A DNA stretch of 64,000 bases from Pseudomonadota bacterium (GTDB lineage Bacteria; Pseudomonadota; Alphaproteobacteria; Rhodobacterales; Rhodobacteraceae), in contig JBCBOR010000018.1 of assembly GCA_039821125.1 (NCBI GenBank), forward strand, positions 1,160 through 65,159, in the 5' to 3' direction. A model generated the notes under the pieces. The model had not been told where the DNA came from. It was given only the letters and a program-made list of their open reading frames with translations, and did no database searches. Made by a program: the position numbers and the translations under genes. Positions 55,931-64,000 of this stretch are shown here, piece by piece; positions within the stretch are counted from its first letter, which is position 1; each line of letters starts with the position of its first letter.

Positions 55931-56938
55931 ATGTCGCTGGATTCCATTGGATCAGACCCGGTGCTTGCGGTCGAGGACCTGCGCACGGTTTTCCATACGG
56001 GCGAGGGCACGGTCCACGCGGTCAACGGCGTCAGCTTTTCGGTCCGCGAAGGTGAGCTTCTGGGGGTCGTGGGCGAGTCCGGCTCGGGCAAGTCCGTGAC
56101 CATGATGTCGCTGATGAAGCTGTTGCCGATGCCGCCAGGCGAGATCGTCTCGGGCTCGGTCCGGTTCGATGGGCGCGATCTGACCAAGATCCCCGACAAG
56201 GAACTGCGCGACATTCGCGGCGGCCAGATCGGCTTCGTGTTCCAGGACCCGATGACGTCGCTGAACCCTGTGTTCAATGTCGGCTTTCAGATCATGGAGC
56301 CGCTGCGCATCCATCTCGGCCTGTCGAAACGCGAGGCGCGCGACCGGGCGGTCGAACTGCTGGAACTGGTCGGTATCCCCGACGCGCGCAAGCGCCTCAG
56401 CGATTATCCGCACCAGTTTTCGGGCGGGATGCGCCAGCGGGTGATGATCGCGATTGCGCTGGCCTGCGATCCCAAGGTGCTTATCGCGGACGAGCCGACC
56501 ACCGCGCTCGACGTGACGATCCAGGCGCAGATCCTCGAGCTGATCAAGAAGCTGCGCCAGGAACTGGGCATGGCGATCATCTGGATCACCCACGATCTGG
56601 GGGTGGTCGCGGGCATCGCCGACCGGGTGCTTGTGATGTATGGCGGGCAGATCGTCGAGCACGCGCCGGTGAGCGAGCTCTATGCCAATCCGCAGCATCC
56701 CTACACCCGTGCGCTGCTCGAGACGCTGCCAAGCATGGACGAAGACCGGACCGAGCGGCTCGCCTCGATCTCGGGCCAGCCGCCCAGCCTCACGAAACCG
56801 CTGACCTCGTGCCCGTTTGCGCCGCGCTGTGCCCATGCGATGGCCGGATGCCTTGTCGAGAACCCCGCTCTGGTCTCCGTTGGCGAGAACCACGATGTCG
56901 CCTGTCTGTGGGATCCGGCGACCGGAGGCGTGCGATGA
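55931..56938 (+). CDS. Peptide/nickel-family ABC transporter ATP-binding protein (DppD/OppD-like)
   Basis: Walker [24 protein letters not shown] and [11 protein letters not shown]. Start at the internal ATG (MSLDSIG). Confidence 0.9.
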   Translation: MSLDSIGSDPVLAVEDLRTVFHTGEGTVHAVNGVSFSVREGELLGVVGESGSGKSVTMMSLMKLLPMPPGEIVSGSVRFDGRDLTKIPDKELRDIRGGQIGFVFQDPMTSLNPVFNVGFQIMEPLRIHLGLSKREARDRAVELLELVGIPDARKRLSDYPHQFSGGMRQRVMIAIALACDPKVLIADEPTTALDVTIQAQILELIKKLRQELGMAIIWITHDLGVVAGIADRVLVMYGGQIVEHAPVSELYANPQHPYTRALLETLPSMDEDRTERLASISGQPPSLTKPLTSCPFAPRCAHAMAGCLVENPALVSVGENHDVACLWDPATGGVR

Positions 56939-57909
56939 CCGAGACGTTGCTGAAGGTCGAGAACCTGACGAAGCACTTCCCGATCTACTCCGGGATCTTT
57001 CGCCGCCAGAGCGGCACGGTCAAGGCGGTCGACGGCATCAGCTTCGAGATCCAACGCGGCGAGACCCTGGGTCTGGTTGGCGAATCAGGCTGTGGCAAAT
57101 CCACCGCCGGGCGGACAATCCTGCGGCTTTATGATGCCACGGCAGGGCGGATCCTGTTCGATGGACAGGACATCGCCGCGCTGAGCGGGGACGAGTTGCG
57201 CAATGCTCGCCCGCGCATGCAGATGATCTTTCAGGACCCGCAGGCATGCCTCAATCCGCGCATGACCGTCGGGTCAATCATTGCCGAGCCGTTGACGGAG
57301 CATGGCAACCTCAGAGCCGCAGACCGACAGACGAAGGTGCGCGAGTTGCTCGACGCCGTCGGGCTGAACCCGAACTTCGCCAACCGCTATCCGCACGAGT
57401 TCTCGGGCGGGCAGCGCCAGCGCATCGGGATCGCCCGTGCGCTTGCGCTCGAGCCCGACTTCATCGTCTGCGATGAACCGATTGCAGCCCTCGATGTCTC
57501 GATCCAGGCCCAGGTTGTGAACCTGTTGGAAGATCTGCAGGAAAAGCTTGGGCTGACCTATCTCTTTATCTCCCATGACCTCAGTATGGTCCGGCATATC
57601 TGCGACCGGGTCGCAGTGATGTATCTCGGTCGCGTGATGGAATTGGCGCCGCGTGAGTTGCTCTACAACACGCCAAAACACCCCTACACCCAGGCCCTGC
57701 TGAGCGCGGTCCCGATCCCGAAACCCGAGATCGAGGCAAGCCGCCAGCGCATCATCCTGACCGGCGATGTGCCAAGCCCGGCGAACCCGCCATCGGGCTG
57801 CGTTTTCCGCACGCGCTGTTCCAAAGCGACGGAGATTTGCGCCAGCGCAGTGCCTGAACCACGGGATCTTGGTGGCGGGCAGATCACCGCCTGCCACCAT
57901 GCCGAATAG
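56935..57909 (+). CDS. Peptide/nickel-family ABC transporter ATP-binding protein (DppF/OppF-like)
   Basis: Walker [24 protein letters not shown] and [15 protein letters not shown] overlap with the upstream ATPase gene. Confidence 0.9.
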   Translation: MTETLLKVENLTKHFPIYSGIFRRQSGTVKAVDGISFEIQRGETLGLVGESGCGKSTAGRTILRLYDATAGRILFDGQDIAALSGDELRNARPRMQMIFQDPQACLNPRMTVGSIIAEPLTEHGNLRAADRQTKVRELLDAVGLNPNFANRYPHEFSGGQRQRIGIARALALEPDFIVCDEPIAALDVSIQAQVVNLLEDLQEKLGLTYLFISHDLSMVRHICDRVAVMYLGRVMELAPRELLYNTPKHPYTQALLSAVPIPKPEIEASRQRIILTGDVPSPANPPSGCVFRTRCSKATEICASAVPEPRDLGGGQITACHHAE

Positions 57910-58015
57910 AAGGGAAGGGGACGAGACGACCGAGACCGCCTGTGCGAAAGATGTTTACAAAATGACCGCGCGGGCAAATCGTTGACAAAGAGCTCAAATT
58001 ATCAGGGAGACTGAC

Positions 58016-59716
58016 ATGAAAAAGCTCACAACCATTCTGGCATCGACCGCCGCGGCGGCGCTGCTGGTCTCGCCGGCGATGGCCGAGCGGGGCGAAGACG
58101 GCCAGCTCAACATCCTTTACTGGCAGGCGCCGTCGACGCAGAACCCGTATTTGTCGGGCGGCACGAAGGACATCGAGTCCTCGTCGCTGGTGCTCGAGCC
58201 GCTGGCCAACTACGACCCTGAAGGCAACATGCTGCCGACGCTGGCCGCCGAGATCCCGACGCTGGGCAATGGCGGGATTTCCGAGGATCTGACCTCGATC
58301 ACGTGGAAGCTCAAGCAGGGTGTGACCTGGTCGGACGGCACGCCGTTCACCGCGGCAGACGTGGTGTTCTCGGGCGAGTACTGCCTGCACCCCGAAGGCG
58401 GCTGCAACGCGGCCTCGAAATTCAACGATGTCGAGAAGATCGAAGCGCTGGATGACCACACGGTCAAGATCACCTTCGGTGTCGCCAAGCCCTTCCCTTA
58501 TGGCCCGTTCGTGGGCGGCGACAGTCCGATCATCCAGAAGGCCCAGTTCCAGGACTGCATGGGCGCCAAGGCCCCTGAGTGTACCGACGCGAACTTTGGC
58601 CCGATCGGGACCGGCCCCTTCAAGGTCACCGAGTTCAAGGCCAATGACGTCGTGCTCTACCACATGAACGAGAGCTATCGCGAAGAGGGCAAGCCGAAAT
58701 TCTCGAACATCCTGTTCAAGGGTGGCGGCGATGCAGCGTCGGCAGCCCGTTCGGTGCTCGAGACCGGCGAGTTCGATTACGCCTGGAACCTGCAGGTCGA
58801 GCCCGAGATCCTGACCCAGATGGAAGCCAAGGGCAAAGGCAAGATCATCGCGGCCTTCGGCCCATCGGTTGAGCGCATCATGGTGAACTTCACCAACCCC
58901 GACCCGGCGCTGGGTGACGAGCGCGGCACGGTCAAGCACCCGCACCCGTTCCTGAAGGACACGGCTGTGACCAAGGCGATGAGCATGGCGATTGACCGGC
59001 AGATCCTCGTCGACGCGGGCTATGGCGCGGCCGGCAAGGTCACCTGCAACGTCCTTCCGGCACCGCCCGCCTACAACTCGACCGCCAATGACTGGTGCAA
59101 GACACCGGATCCCGAAGGCGCGAAAAAGCTGCTGGACGAGGCGGGCTGGGTCCCGGGCTCGGACGGCGTCCGCGAGAAGGACGGGGTTCGTCTCTCGGTG
59201 CTCTACCAGACGTCCACCAATGGGGTGCGCCAGGCAACCCAGGCGTTCATCAAACAGATGTGGGCCGAGATCGGAATCGAGACCGAACTGAAGAACATCT
59301 CCGCTTCGGTCTTCTTCGGCGGCGACCAGTCGAGCCCCGATACGTTCCAGAAGTTCTTCTCGGACGTCGAGATGTACACCAACAACTTCCCGGGCACCGA
59401 TCCGGAGGCGTACATGGGGTCGTGGACCTGCAAAGAGATCCCCTCACCCGAGAACCAGTGGGTCGCCAACAACATGCCGCGCTACTGCACCGAAGAGTAT
59501 GACGCGCTGGTCGCCAAGTACGGCGTCACCGCCGAGCCGGCCGAGCGTCAGAAAATCGCCAAGCAGCTGAACGACATGCTGATCCAGGCAGGCGCCATCA
59601 TCCCGCTGATCCACCGGGGCCGCGTGGCTGCACACTCGCTGACCCTGGGCGGTGTCAACATGACCGCGTGGGACAGCGAGATCCACAACGCCGAAGACTG
59701 GTACCGCATCAAGTAA
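58016..59716 (+). CDS. Family-5 (peptide/opine/nickel) ABC transporter substrate-binding protein
   Basis: Signal peptide MKKLTTILASTAAAALLVSPAMA. 566-aa SBP_bac_5-like protein. Confidence 0.88.
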   Translation: MKKLTTILASTAAAALLVSPAMAERGEDGQLNILYWQAPSTQNPYLSGGTKDIESSSLVLEPLANYDPEGNMLPTLAAEIPTLGNGGISEDLTSITWKLKQGVTWSDGTPFTAADVVFSGEYCLHPEGGCNAASKFNDVEKIEALDDHTVKITFGVAKPFPYGPFVGGDSPIIQKAQFQDCMGAKAPECTDANFGPIGTGPFKVTEFKANDVVLYHMNESYREEGKPKFSNILFKGGGDAASAARSVLETGEFDYAWNLQVEPEILTQMEAKGKGKIIAAFGPSVERIMVNFTNPDPALGDERGTVKHPHPFLKDTAVTKAMSMAIDRQILVDAGYGAAGKVTCNVLPAPPAYNSTANDWCKTPDPEGAKKLLDEAGWVPGSDGVREKDGVRLSVLYQTSTNGVRQATQAFIKQMWAEIGIETELKNISASVFFGGDQSSPDTFQKFFSDVEMYTNNFPGTDPEAYMGSWTCKEIPSPENQWVANNMPRYCTEEYDALVAKYGVTAEPAERQKIAKQLNDMLIQAGAIIPLIHRGRVAAHSLTLGGVNMTAWDSEIHNAEDWYRIK

Positions 59717-59740
59717 GCGGCACCGTCCCAAACGCCAACC

Positions 59741-59768
59741 GGCACGGCCCCAACGGCGGGGCCGTGCC
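59741..59768 (+). other. Stem-loop after the peptide SBP gene (11-bp perfect stem)
   Basis: ggcacggcccc-aacggc-ggggccgtgcc, 25 nt after the SBP stop. No U-tract. Confidence 0.7.
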
Positions 59769-59813
59769 CTCCCCAGCAAGCGCTGGCTCGCTGGCTGACC
59801 CGGAGGACACTCC

Positions 59814-60095
59814 TTGCTCGGCTACATAGTCAAAAGACTGCTCTTCGCCGTCCCGGTTCTGATCGGTGTGTCGTTCGTGAACCACACGATCCTGTGCCAC
59901 GCGCCCGGTGATCCGACCGCACAGTTGCCGCTGTCGATACCGGCGGAGGATCGCGCGAGGATCATCGATGACCTTGGTCTGAACCAGCCCTGCCATATCC
60001 GTTATCTGAACTGGGCGCGGCACATGTTCATCAACGAGCCGGCCTGTCTGGCGGAACAATGGGCCCTGCAGCCCATGTCATCGCGGGAAAGCTGA
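59814..60095 (+). pseudogene. Relic of a duplicated DppB-type permease N-terminus (TM1 plus first periplasmic loop only)
   Basis: The 93-aa product (MLGYIVKRLLFAVPVLIGVSFVNHTILCHAPGDPTAQLPLSIPAEDRARII...) is collinear with the first ~95 aa of the next gene (MLRYTIRRLLFMIPTLLVISFIIFAILDFAPGDPTAQLPLTIPAEVREQI...) and then stops. Its TGA directly abuts the ATG at 60096. Confidence 0.6.
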
Positions 60096-61109
60096 ATGCT
60101 CCGCTACACCATTCGTCGCCTGCTGTTCATGATCCCCACATTGCTGGTGATCTCGTTCATCATCTTCGCCATTCTGGATTTTGCTCCGGGCGATCCGACG
60201 GCGCAGCTCCCGCTGACCATCCCCGCCGAGGTGCGCGAGCAGATCCGCGAGGCGCTTGGTCTGGGCGAGCCGCTCTACGTGCGCTACGGCCTCTGGCTGC
60301 AACAGTTCTTCTGGAACGAGCCGCTGAACCTGATCGAGCAGTGGACCGGCGCCACGATCGGCGACTCGGAGAATCGGGTTCGCATAATCTCGTGGTCAAC
60401 ACGCTCGCCCGTCGTTGATCTGATCGTCGAGCGGATGCCGCAGACGCTCTGGGTCGTCGGCACCGCCTATCTCGTCGCCATCCTGATTGCGATCCCGATC
60501 GGCGTGATCTCAGCCTACAAACAGTACTCGTGGTTTGACAACACCGGGACATTCGTCTCGATGATCGGCTTCTCGATCCCGCCGTTCTTCTCGGGCCTCG
60601 TGCTGATCGTGATCTTCTCGGTCTCGCTGGGCTGGTTCCCGTCGATCTACGACACCACGCACCGGGTCACCGGCTGGGACAGCTTTGTCGTGCAGGTCAA
60701 CCAGATGTTCCTGCCGGTCATGGTGCTGGCCCTGCAGATCACGGCGCAGCTGTCGCGCTTCATGCGCTCGTCCATGCTCGACAATCTCAACCTCGACTAT
60801 GTCCGCACGGCGCGGGCCAAGGGCGTGAAGGAGCGCACGGTGGTCCTGCTGCACGTGCTCAGGAACTCGATGATCCCGGTGGTGACCGTCATCGCGCTCG
60901 GCGTGCCGCAGATCTTCGGCGGCGCCATCATCACCGAGCAGATCTTCAAGGTGAACGGTCTTGGCGCGCTGCTGATCGGCGGCATCGAGGCGGCGGACAT
61001 TCCGCTGGTCCAGACCCTGACCTTCATCTTCGCCGTGCTGATCGTTCTGTTCAACCTGATCGCCGATATCCTCTACGGCATTCTTGACCCGAGGATCCGC
61101 TATGACTGA
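60096..61109 (+). CDS. Peptide-family ABC transporter permease (DppB/OppB-like)
   Basis: 337 aa with six TM segments. YVRTARAKGVKERTVVLLHVLRNSMIPVVT EAA-region motif. Confidence 0.9.
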   Translation: MLRYTIRRLLFMIPTLLVISFIIFAILDFAPGDPTAQLPLTIPAEVREQIREALGLGEPLYVRYGLWLQQFFWNEPLNLIEQWTGATIGDSENRVRIISWSTRSPVVDLIVERMPQTLWVVGTAYLVAILIAIPIGVISAYKQYSWFDNTGTFVSMIGFSIPPFFSGLVLIVIFSVSLGWFPSIYDTTHRVTGWDSFVVQVNQMFLPVMVLALQITAQLSRFMRSSMLDNLNLDYVRTARAKGVKERTVVLLHVLRNSMIPVVTVIALGVPQIFGGAIITEQIFKVNGLGALLIGGIEAADIPLVQTLTFIFAVLIVLFNLIADILYGILDPRIRYD

Positions 61110-61117
61110 GGTCCGAC

Positions 61118-62044
61118 ATGGCTGAGCAAACAGCAGATCCCGGCCAGGGCGCCATGGAGCCGATCAAGGCGCACCGCTCGCTCTGGGCCGATGTCTGGTT
61201 GCAATACCGCAATCACACCGGGGCGCTTGTCGGTACAGCCGTCTTCGGCTTCATCGTGCTCGCGGTCCTGATCGGGCCGTTCATTCACACGATCGATCCC
61301 GGGTATCTGGATTTCCGGGCGCGCAACCTGAACCCGACCTGGGAGCATCCGATGGGCACCGACAATGTCGGGCGCGACATGCTGGCCCAGGTGCTGGCGG
61401 GCGGACGTGTCAGCCTCGCGGTCGGTGTGACAGCGATGCTGCTCTCGCTGCTCTTCGGTGCCGTGATCGGTGTTCTGGCCGGATATTTCAAAAGCCTCGA
61501 CGGCCCGTTGATGCGGCTGACGGATCTCTTTCTGGCGCTGCCGCTTCTGCCGCTGCTGCTGGTCATCATCATGCTGTTCCGCGATACGCTCCGGAATGCG
61601 TTCGGGCCCGAGAGCGGGATCTTCCTGCTGATCGTCTTCGTGATCGGCCTGACCTCGTGGATGCAGACCGCCCGGATCGTGCGCGGTGATGTGCTGGCGA
61701 TCAAGGAGCGCGAGTTCGTGCTGGCCGCCAAATCCATCGGCACGCGTGAGGGGCGGATCATCACCCGCCATATCTTTCCCAATGTGCTCAGCCCGATCAT
61801 GGTCTCGGCGACGCTGGGCTTGGCGAACGCGATCATCACCGAGTCAGCGCTCTCGTTCCTCGGCCTCGGCTTCCCGTCGGATTTCCCGACCTGGGGGCGG
61901 CTGTTGTTCGACGGCAAGGACTTCCTGACCCTGACGCCCGACCGGGTGATCTGGCCCGGCCTCGCGATCTCGCTGACGGTGCTGTCGGTCAACTACATGG
62001 GCGATGGCCTGCGCGACGCGCTCGACCCACGCCTCAGAACCTGA
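61118..62044 (+). CDS. Peptide-family ABC transporter permease (DppC/OppC-like)
   Basis: HPMGTDNVGRDMLAQVL N-terminal motif and EFVLAAKSIGTREGRIITRHIFPNVLSPIMV EAA region. Confidence 0.9.
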   Translation: MAEQTADPGQGAMEPIKAHRSLWADVWLQYRNHTGALVGTAVFGFIVLAVLIGPFIHTIDPGYLDFRARNLNPTWEHPMGTDNVGRDMLAQVLAGGRVSLAVGVTAMLLSLLFGAVIGVLAGYFKSLDGPLMRLTDLFLALPLLPLLLVIIMLFRDTLRNAFGPESGIFLLIVFVIGLTSWMQTARIVRGDVLAIKEREFVLAAKSIGTREGRIITRHIFPNVLSPIMVSATLGLANAIITESALSFLGLGFPSDFPTWGRLLFDGKDFLTLTPDRVIWPGLAISLTVLSVNYMGDGLRDALDPRLRT

Positions 62045-62058
62045 CGGGCAAGAAGGTC

Positions 62059-62313
62059 GTGAGAGCTTTCAGCGTCGGTTGCATGCTCGTGGCCGCGCTG
62101 TTCTCCATGCAGGCATCGCGACCGGCGCAGGCGACATCAGACGACCTGCCGCTTTGCGAGACATCGACGGGCAGCCCCGGGCGGGTCTTCGTCAGATCCT
62201 GGTCCGGCATCGCTGCGCCGGAGAACGTAGATCGCGTCGAGACATCGCGGGACAGCGTGAGGGTGGTTCTCGGAGCCAACACGCCGATTGGCCCATTACT
62301 GAACGCCAAATAG
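62059..62313 (+). CDS. Small secreted hypothetical protein, or the N-terminal part of an interrupted ~300-aa secreted protein
   Basis: Signal peptide MRAFSVGCMLVAALFSMQASRPAQA. Ends at TAG 62311-62313, in the same frame as the next ORF. Confidence 0.5.
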   Translation: MRAFSVGCMLVAALFSMQASRPAQATSDDLPLCETSTGSPGRVFVRSWSGIAAPENVDRVETSRDSVRVVLGANTPIGPLLNAK

Positions 62314-62328
62314 ACTGGCCCCGCGGCC

Positions 62329-62964
62329 TTGACCTTCTACGAAGGCGAGATCGTGCGGCTCACCTGCAAGATCAATGTCATCACGTTCGATCCCGCGCGC
62401 CATGACCTGAGTGATCTTGGCGACGAAGGTTGCGATGTGCTTCCAGGACCAAGTCGTCCGCTGTTGTCAGGAACGACGACCGCCGTGGAGTTTTCGAGGC
62501 CGTATCTCGAGATCGGTGCCGGCGATGAGTCGATTGTTGGCGTCACGCCGATTAACAGTTATGCGGCCTATTTCACTGGCGTCAAACCGGGTGCGACGAA
62601 TATCGCGGTAGCTTTCAGAGGAGACTACGAAGCCACTGGATCGAAGCGGGCACCGTTCCGGTTGTGTCCTGTCATGGTCGAGGACGCCGACGCGTTTTTT
62701 GAAGAGAACCCGATCGATGATGATGAGCTATGTATCGGGGCAAGTCGAACGTCTGCACGCCTCCGCCTGGGCGAGGACTTGCTCCTTGAAACCGCAGTTG
62801 ACGACTTTGAGTTTAGATGGATTTGGCACCCCTCCAAGATTCTGAAGATGAAGAGGATTGATAGCGAAATCACAAAGGTCACTGCACTGGCAAAAGGCAC
62901 GACCAATGTTCATTATCACGCGCCGGACGACGGTGTGATCGAATGCTGGGTCATCGTCGAGTAG
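62329..62964 (+). CDS. Hypothetical protein with two beta-rich repeats (Big_2 / pilus-N-like by eye); TTG start, or a continuation of the upstream ORF
   Basis: Same reading frame as 62059..62313, only 5 codons after its TAG. No ATG start and no signal peptide of its own. GC content looks lower than in the neighbouring genes. Confidence 0.5.
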   Translation: MTFYEGEIVRLTCKINVITFDPARHDLSDLGDEGCDVLPGPSRPLLSGTTTAVEFSRPYLEIGAGDESIVGVTPINSYAAYFTGVKPGATNIAVAFRGDYEATGSKRAPFRLCPVMVEDADAFFEENPIDDDELCIGASRTSARLRLGEDLLLETAVDDFEFRWIWHPSKILKMKRIDSEITKVTALAKGTTNVHYHAPDDGVIECWVIVE

Positions 62965-63061
62965 CCGGGCGCTTACCCGTCCCCTTCATCTTGCTAAAAA
63001 TACCTTTGATACCAACAGGCAACGCCAGAAATCGGTCAGTCAACGCCGCTCTCAGCCGTCA

Positions 63062-63142
63062 CCGGTCCTGCCCCGCGGGTGGGTGGGCTCTTGGTCCACT
63101 GACCACAAGCGAAACCTTGACAGGGGAGCGGGGCAGGACCGG
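63062..63142. repeat. 15-bp perfect inverted repeat (CCGGTCCTGCCCCGC / GCGGGGCAGGACCGG) enclosing 51 nt
   Basis: Read directly, between convergent gene ends 62964 and 63151. The loop holds a small GGTC-cact-GACC hairpin and a GGGTGGGTGGG run. Confidence 0.8.
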
Positions 63143-63150
63143 CGCAACAC

Positions 63151-64000
63151 TCAAGATGCCGGCAGCGCCGTCTCGACCAGCCGGGCCCAGTAGGACGCCC
63201 CCATCGGAATGATCTCGTCGTTGAAATCATACTCCGGGTGGTGGCAGATCGGCCCGTCGCCCTGGCCGATCATAATGAACGCCCCGGGCCGCGCCTCGAG
63301 CATGTAGGAGAAATCCTCGGCTCCCAGCACCGGCGGCATGTTCGCATCGACATTGCCCGCACCTGCGATTTCCTCGGCCACACCCACGGCAAACGCGGTC
63401 TGCTGCTCGTGGTTGACCGTCACGGGATAGCCGCGCTCATACGCCAGATCGATCTCGGCGCCGAAGACACCGCCCATGTTCGCGCAGATCTCGCGGATGC
63501 GCCGCTCGGCCATATCCCGCACCTTGGGCGCCAGCGAGCGCACGGTCCCTGCCATGGTCACCACGCCGGGAATGATGTTGGTCGCATCGCTGCCCTGGAT
63601 CATCGTGGTCGAGATGACCAGCGACTCGACCGGGTCGGTGTTGCGAGAGACGATGGATTGGAAGGCCATCACAAGCTGCGCCGCGATGATCATTGGATCG
63701 ACGCAGTCTTGCGGGTGCGCGGCGTGTCCGCCGATCCCCTTGATGCGCATCTCGAACTCGTCCGCCGCCGCCATGATCCCGCCGGGCCTGATCGAGAAAG
63801 AGCCGACCGGCGCGTTCGGCATGTTGTGCATGCCGTACACCTCGTCGATCCCGAACCGCTCCATCATGCCGTCCTTGACCATGGCCTCGCCGCCCGCTCC
63901 GCCTTCCTCGGCGGGCTGGAAGATCACCACGGCGGTGCCGTCGAAGTTCCGCGTCTCGGCCAGATACTTCGCCGCGCCCAGCAGCATCGCCGTGTGCCCG
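63151..64000 (-). CDS. M20D-family amidohydrolase (hippurate hydrolase / N-acyl-amino-acid amidohydrolase-like), 5' end beyond the window
   Basis: The frame stays open to the window edge and reads ...GHTAMLLGAAKYLAE, followed by VVIFQPAEEGGAGG and GIGGHAAHP. Confidence 0.85.
   Translation of the reverse strand, partial: GHTAMLLGAAKYLAETRNFDGTAVVIFQPAEEGGAGGEAMVKDGMMERFGIDEVYGMHNMPNAPVGSFSIRPGGIMAAADEFEMRIKGIGGHAAHPQDCVDPMIIAAQLVMAFQSIVSRNTDPVESLVISTTMIQGSDATNIIPGVVTMAGTVRSLAPKVRDMAERRIREICANMGGVFGAEIDLAYERGYPVTVNHEQQTAFAVGVAEEIAGAGNVDANMPPVLGAEDFSYMLEARPGAFIMIGQGDGPICHHPEYDFNDEIIPMGASYWARLVETALPAS

Noticed and set aside
1-64000. Mobile genetic elements, prophage, defence islands with recognisable nucleases/ATPases, toxin-antitoxin pairs, rRNA and riboswitches.
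   Set aside because: I recognised no transposase, integrase, recombinase, phage structural gene, Cas protein, restriction-modification gene or typical TA-sized gene pair in any frame. No leader region showed a riboswitch-like conserved core that I could identify by eye.

Overview
High-GC, densely coding chromosomal segment. The gene content suggests an alphaproteobacterium, Rhodobacterales-like, but this is a guess based on the TTT transporter, a SmoEFGK-like polyol system and a cysG-DUF2849-cysI-cysH-DUF934-fpr operon. I support about 62 protein-coding genes or gene fragments, 2 tRNAs (a divergent tRNA-Pro(CGG)/tRNA-Gln(UUG) pair) and several stem-loops and repeats. I saw no rRNA, CRISPR array, transposase, integrase or phage genes.

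Left to right, the window contains:
- a TTT-transporter/PrpF/PanB-like/Rieske oxygenase catabolic operon
- a five-gene OmpA/2TM/SBP::OmpA/vWA/Coq4-motif envelope operon
- the assimilatory sulfate-reduction operon
- a polyol ABC uptake and dehydrogenase operon
- an ABC1 kinase
- a twin-amidohydrolase/XapX/HlyD-adaptor/MFS operon
- isochorismatase, pirin and their regulators
- a long phosphorus-scavenging block (phnCDE, a metallophosphoesterase and a UgpBAEC-like importer)
- a six-gene nitrilase/FMN-protein/P450/P450/psuK/psuG operon
- a second vWA locus (SBP::vWA, 2TM helical protein, SBP paralogue)
- the tRNA pair
- housekeeping-type enzymes
- a peptide ABC importer with a duplicated permease fragment
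- a lower-GC secreted-protein locus split by one in-frame TAG

The best candidates for something undescribed are:
- the two vWA/binding-protein/2TM-helical envelope modules, which reuse the same domains in different fusion arrangements
- the P450-containing operon that is translationally coupled to pseudouridine C-glycosidase genes
- an array of seven tandem 11-nt units at the start of a permease gene inside the phosphate-scavenging block

All family assignments come from motif recognition by eye. No database search was run.
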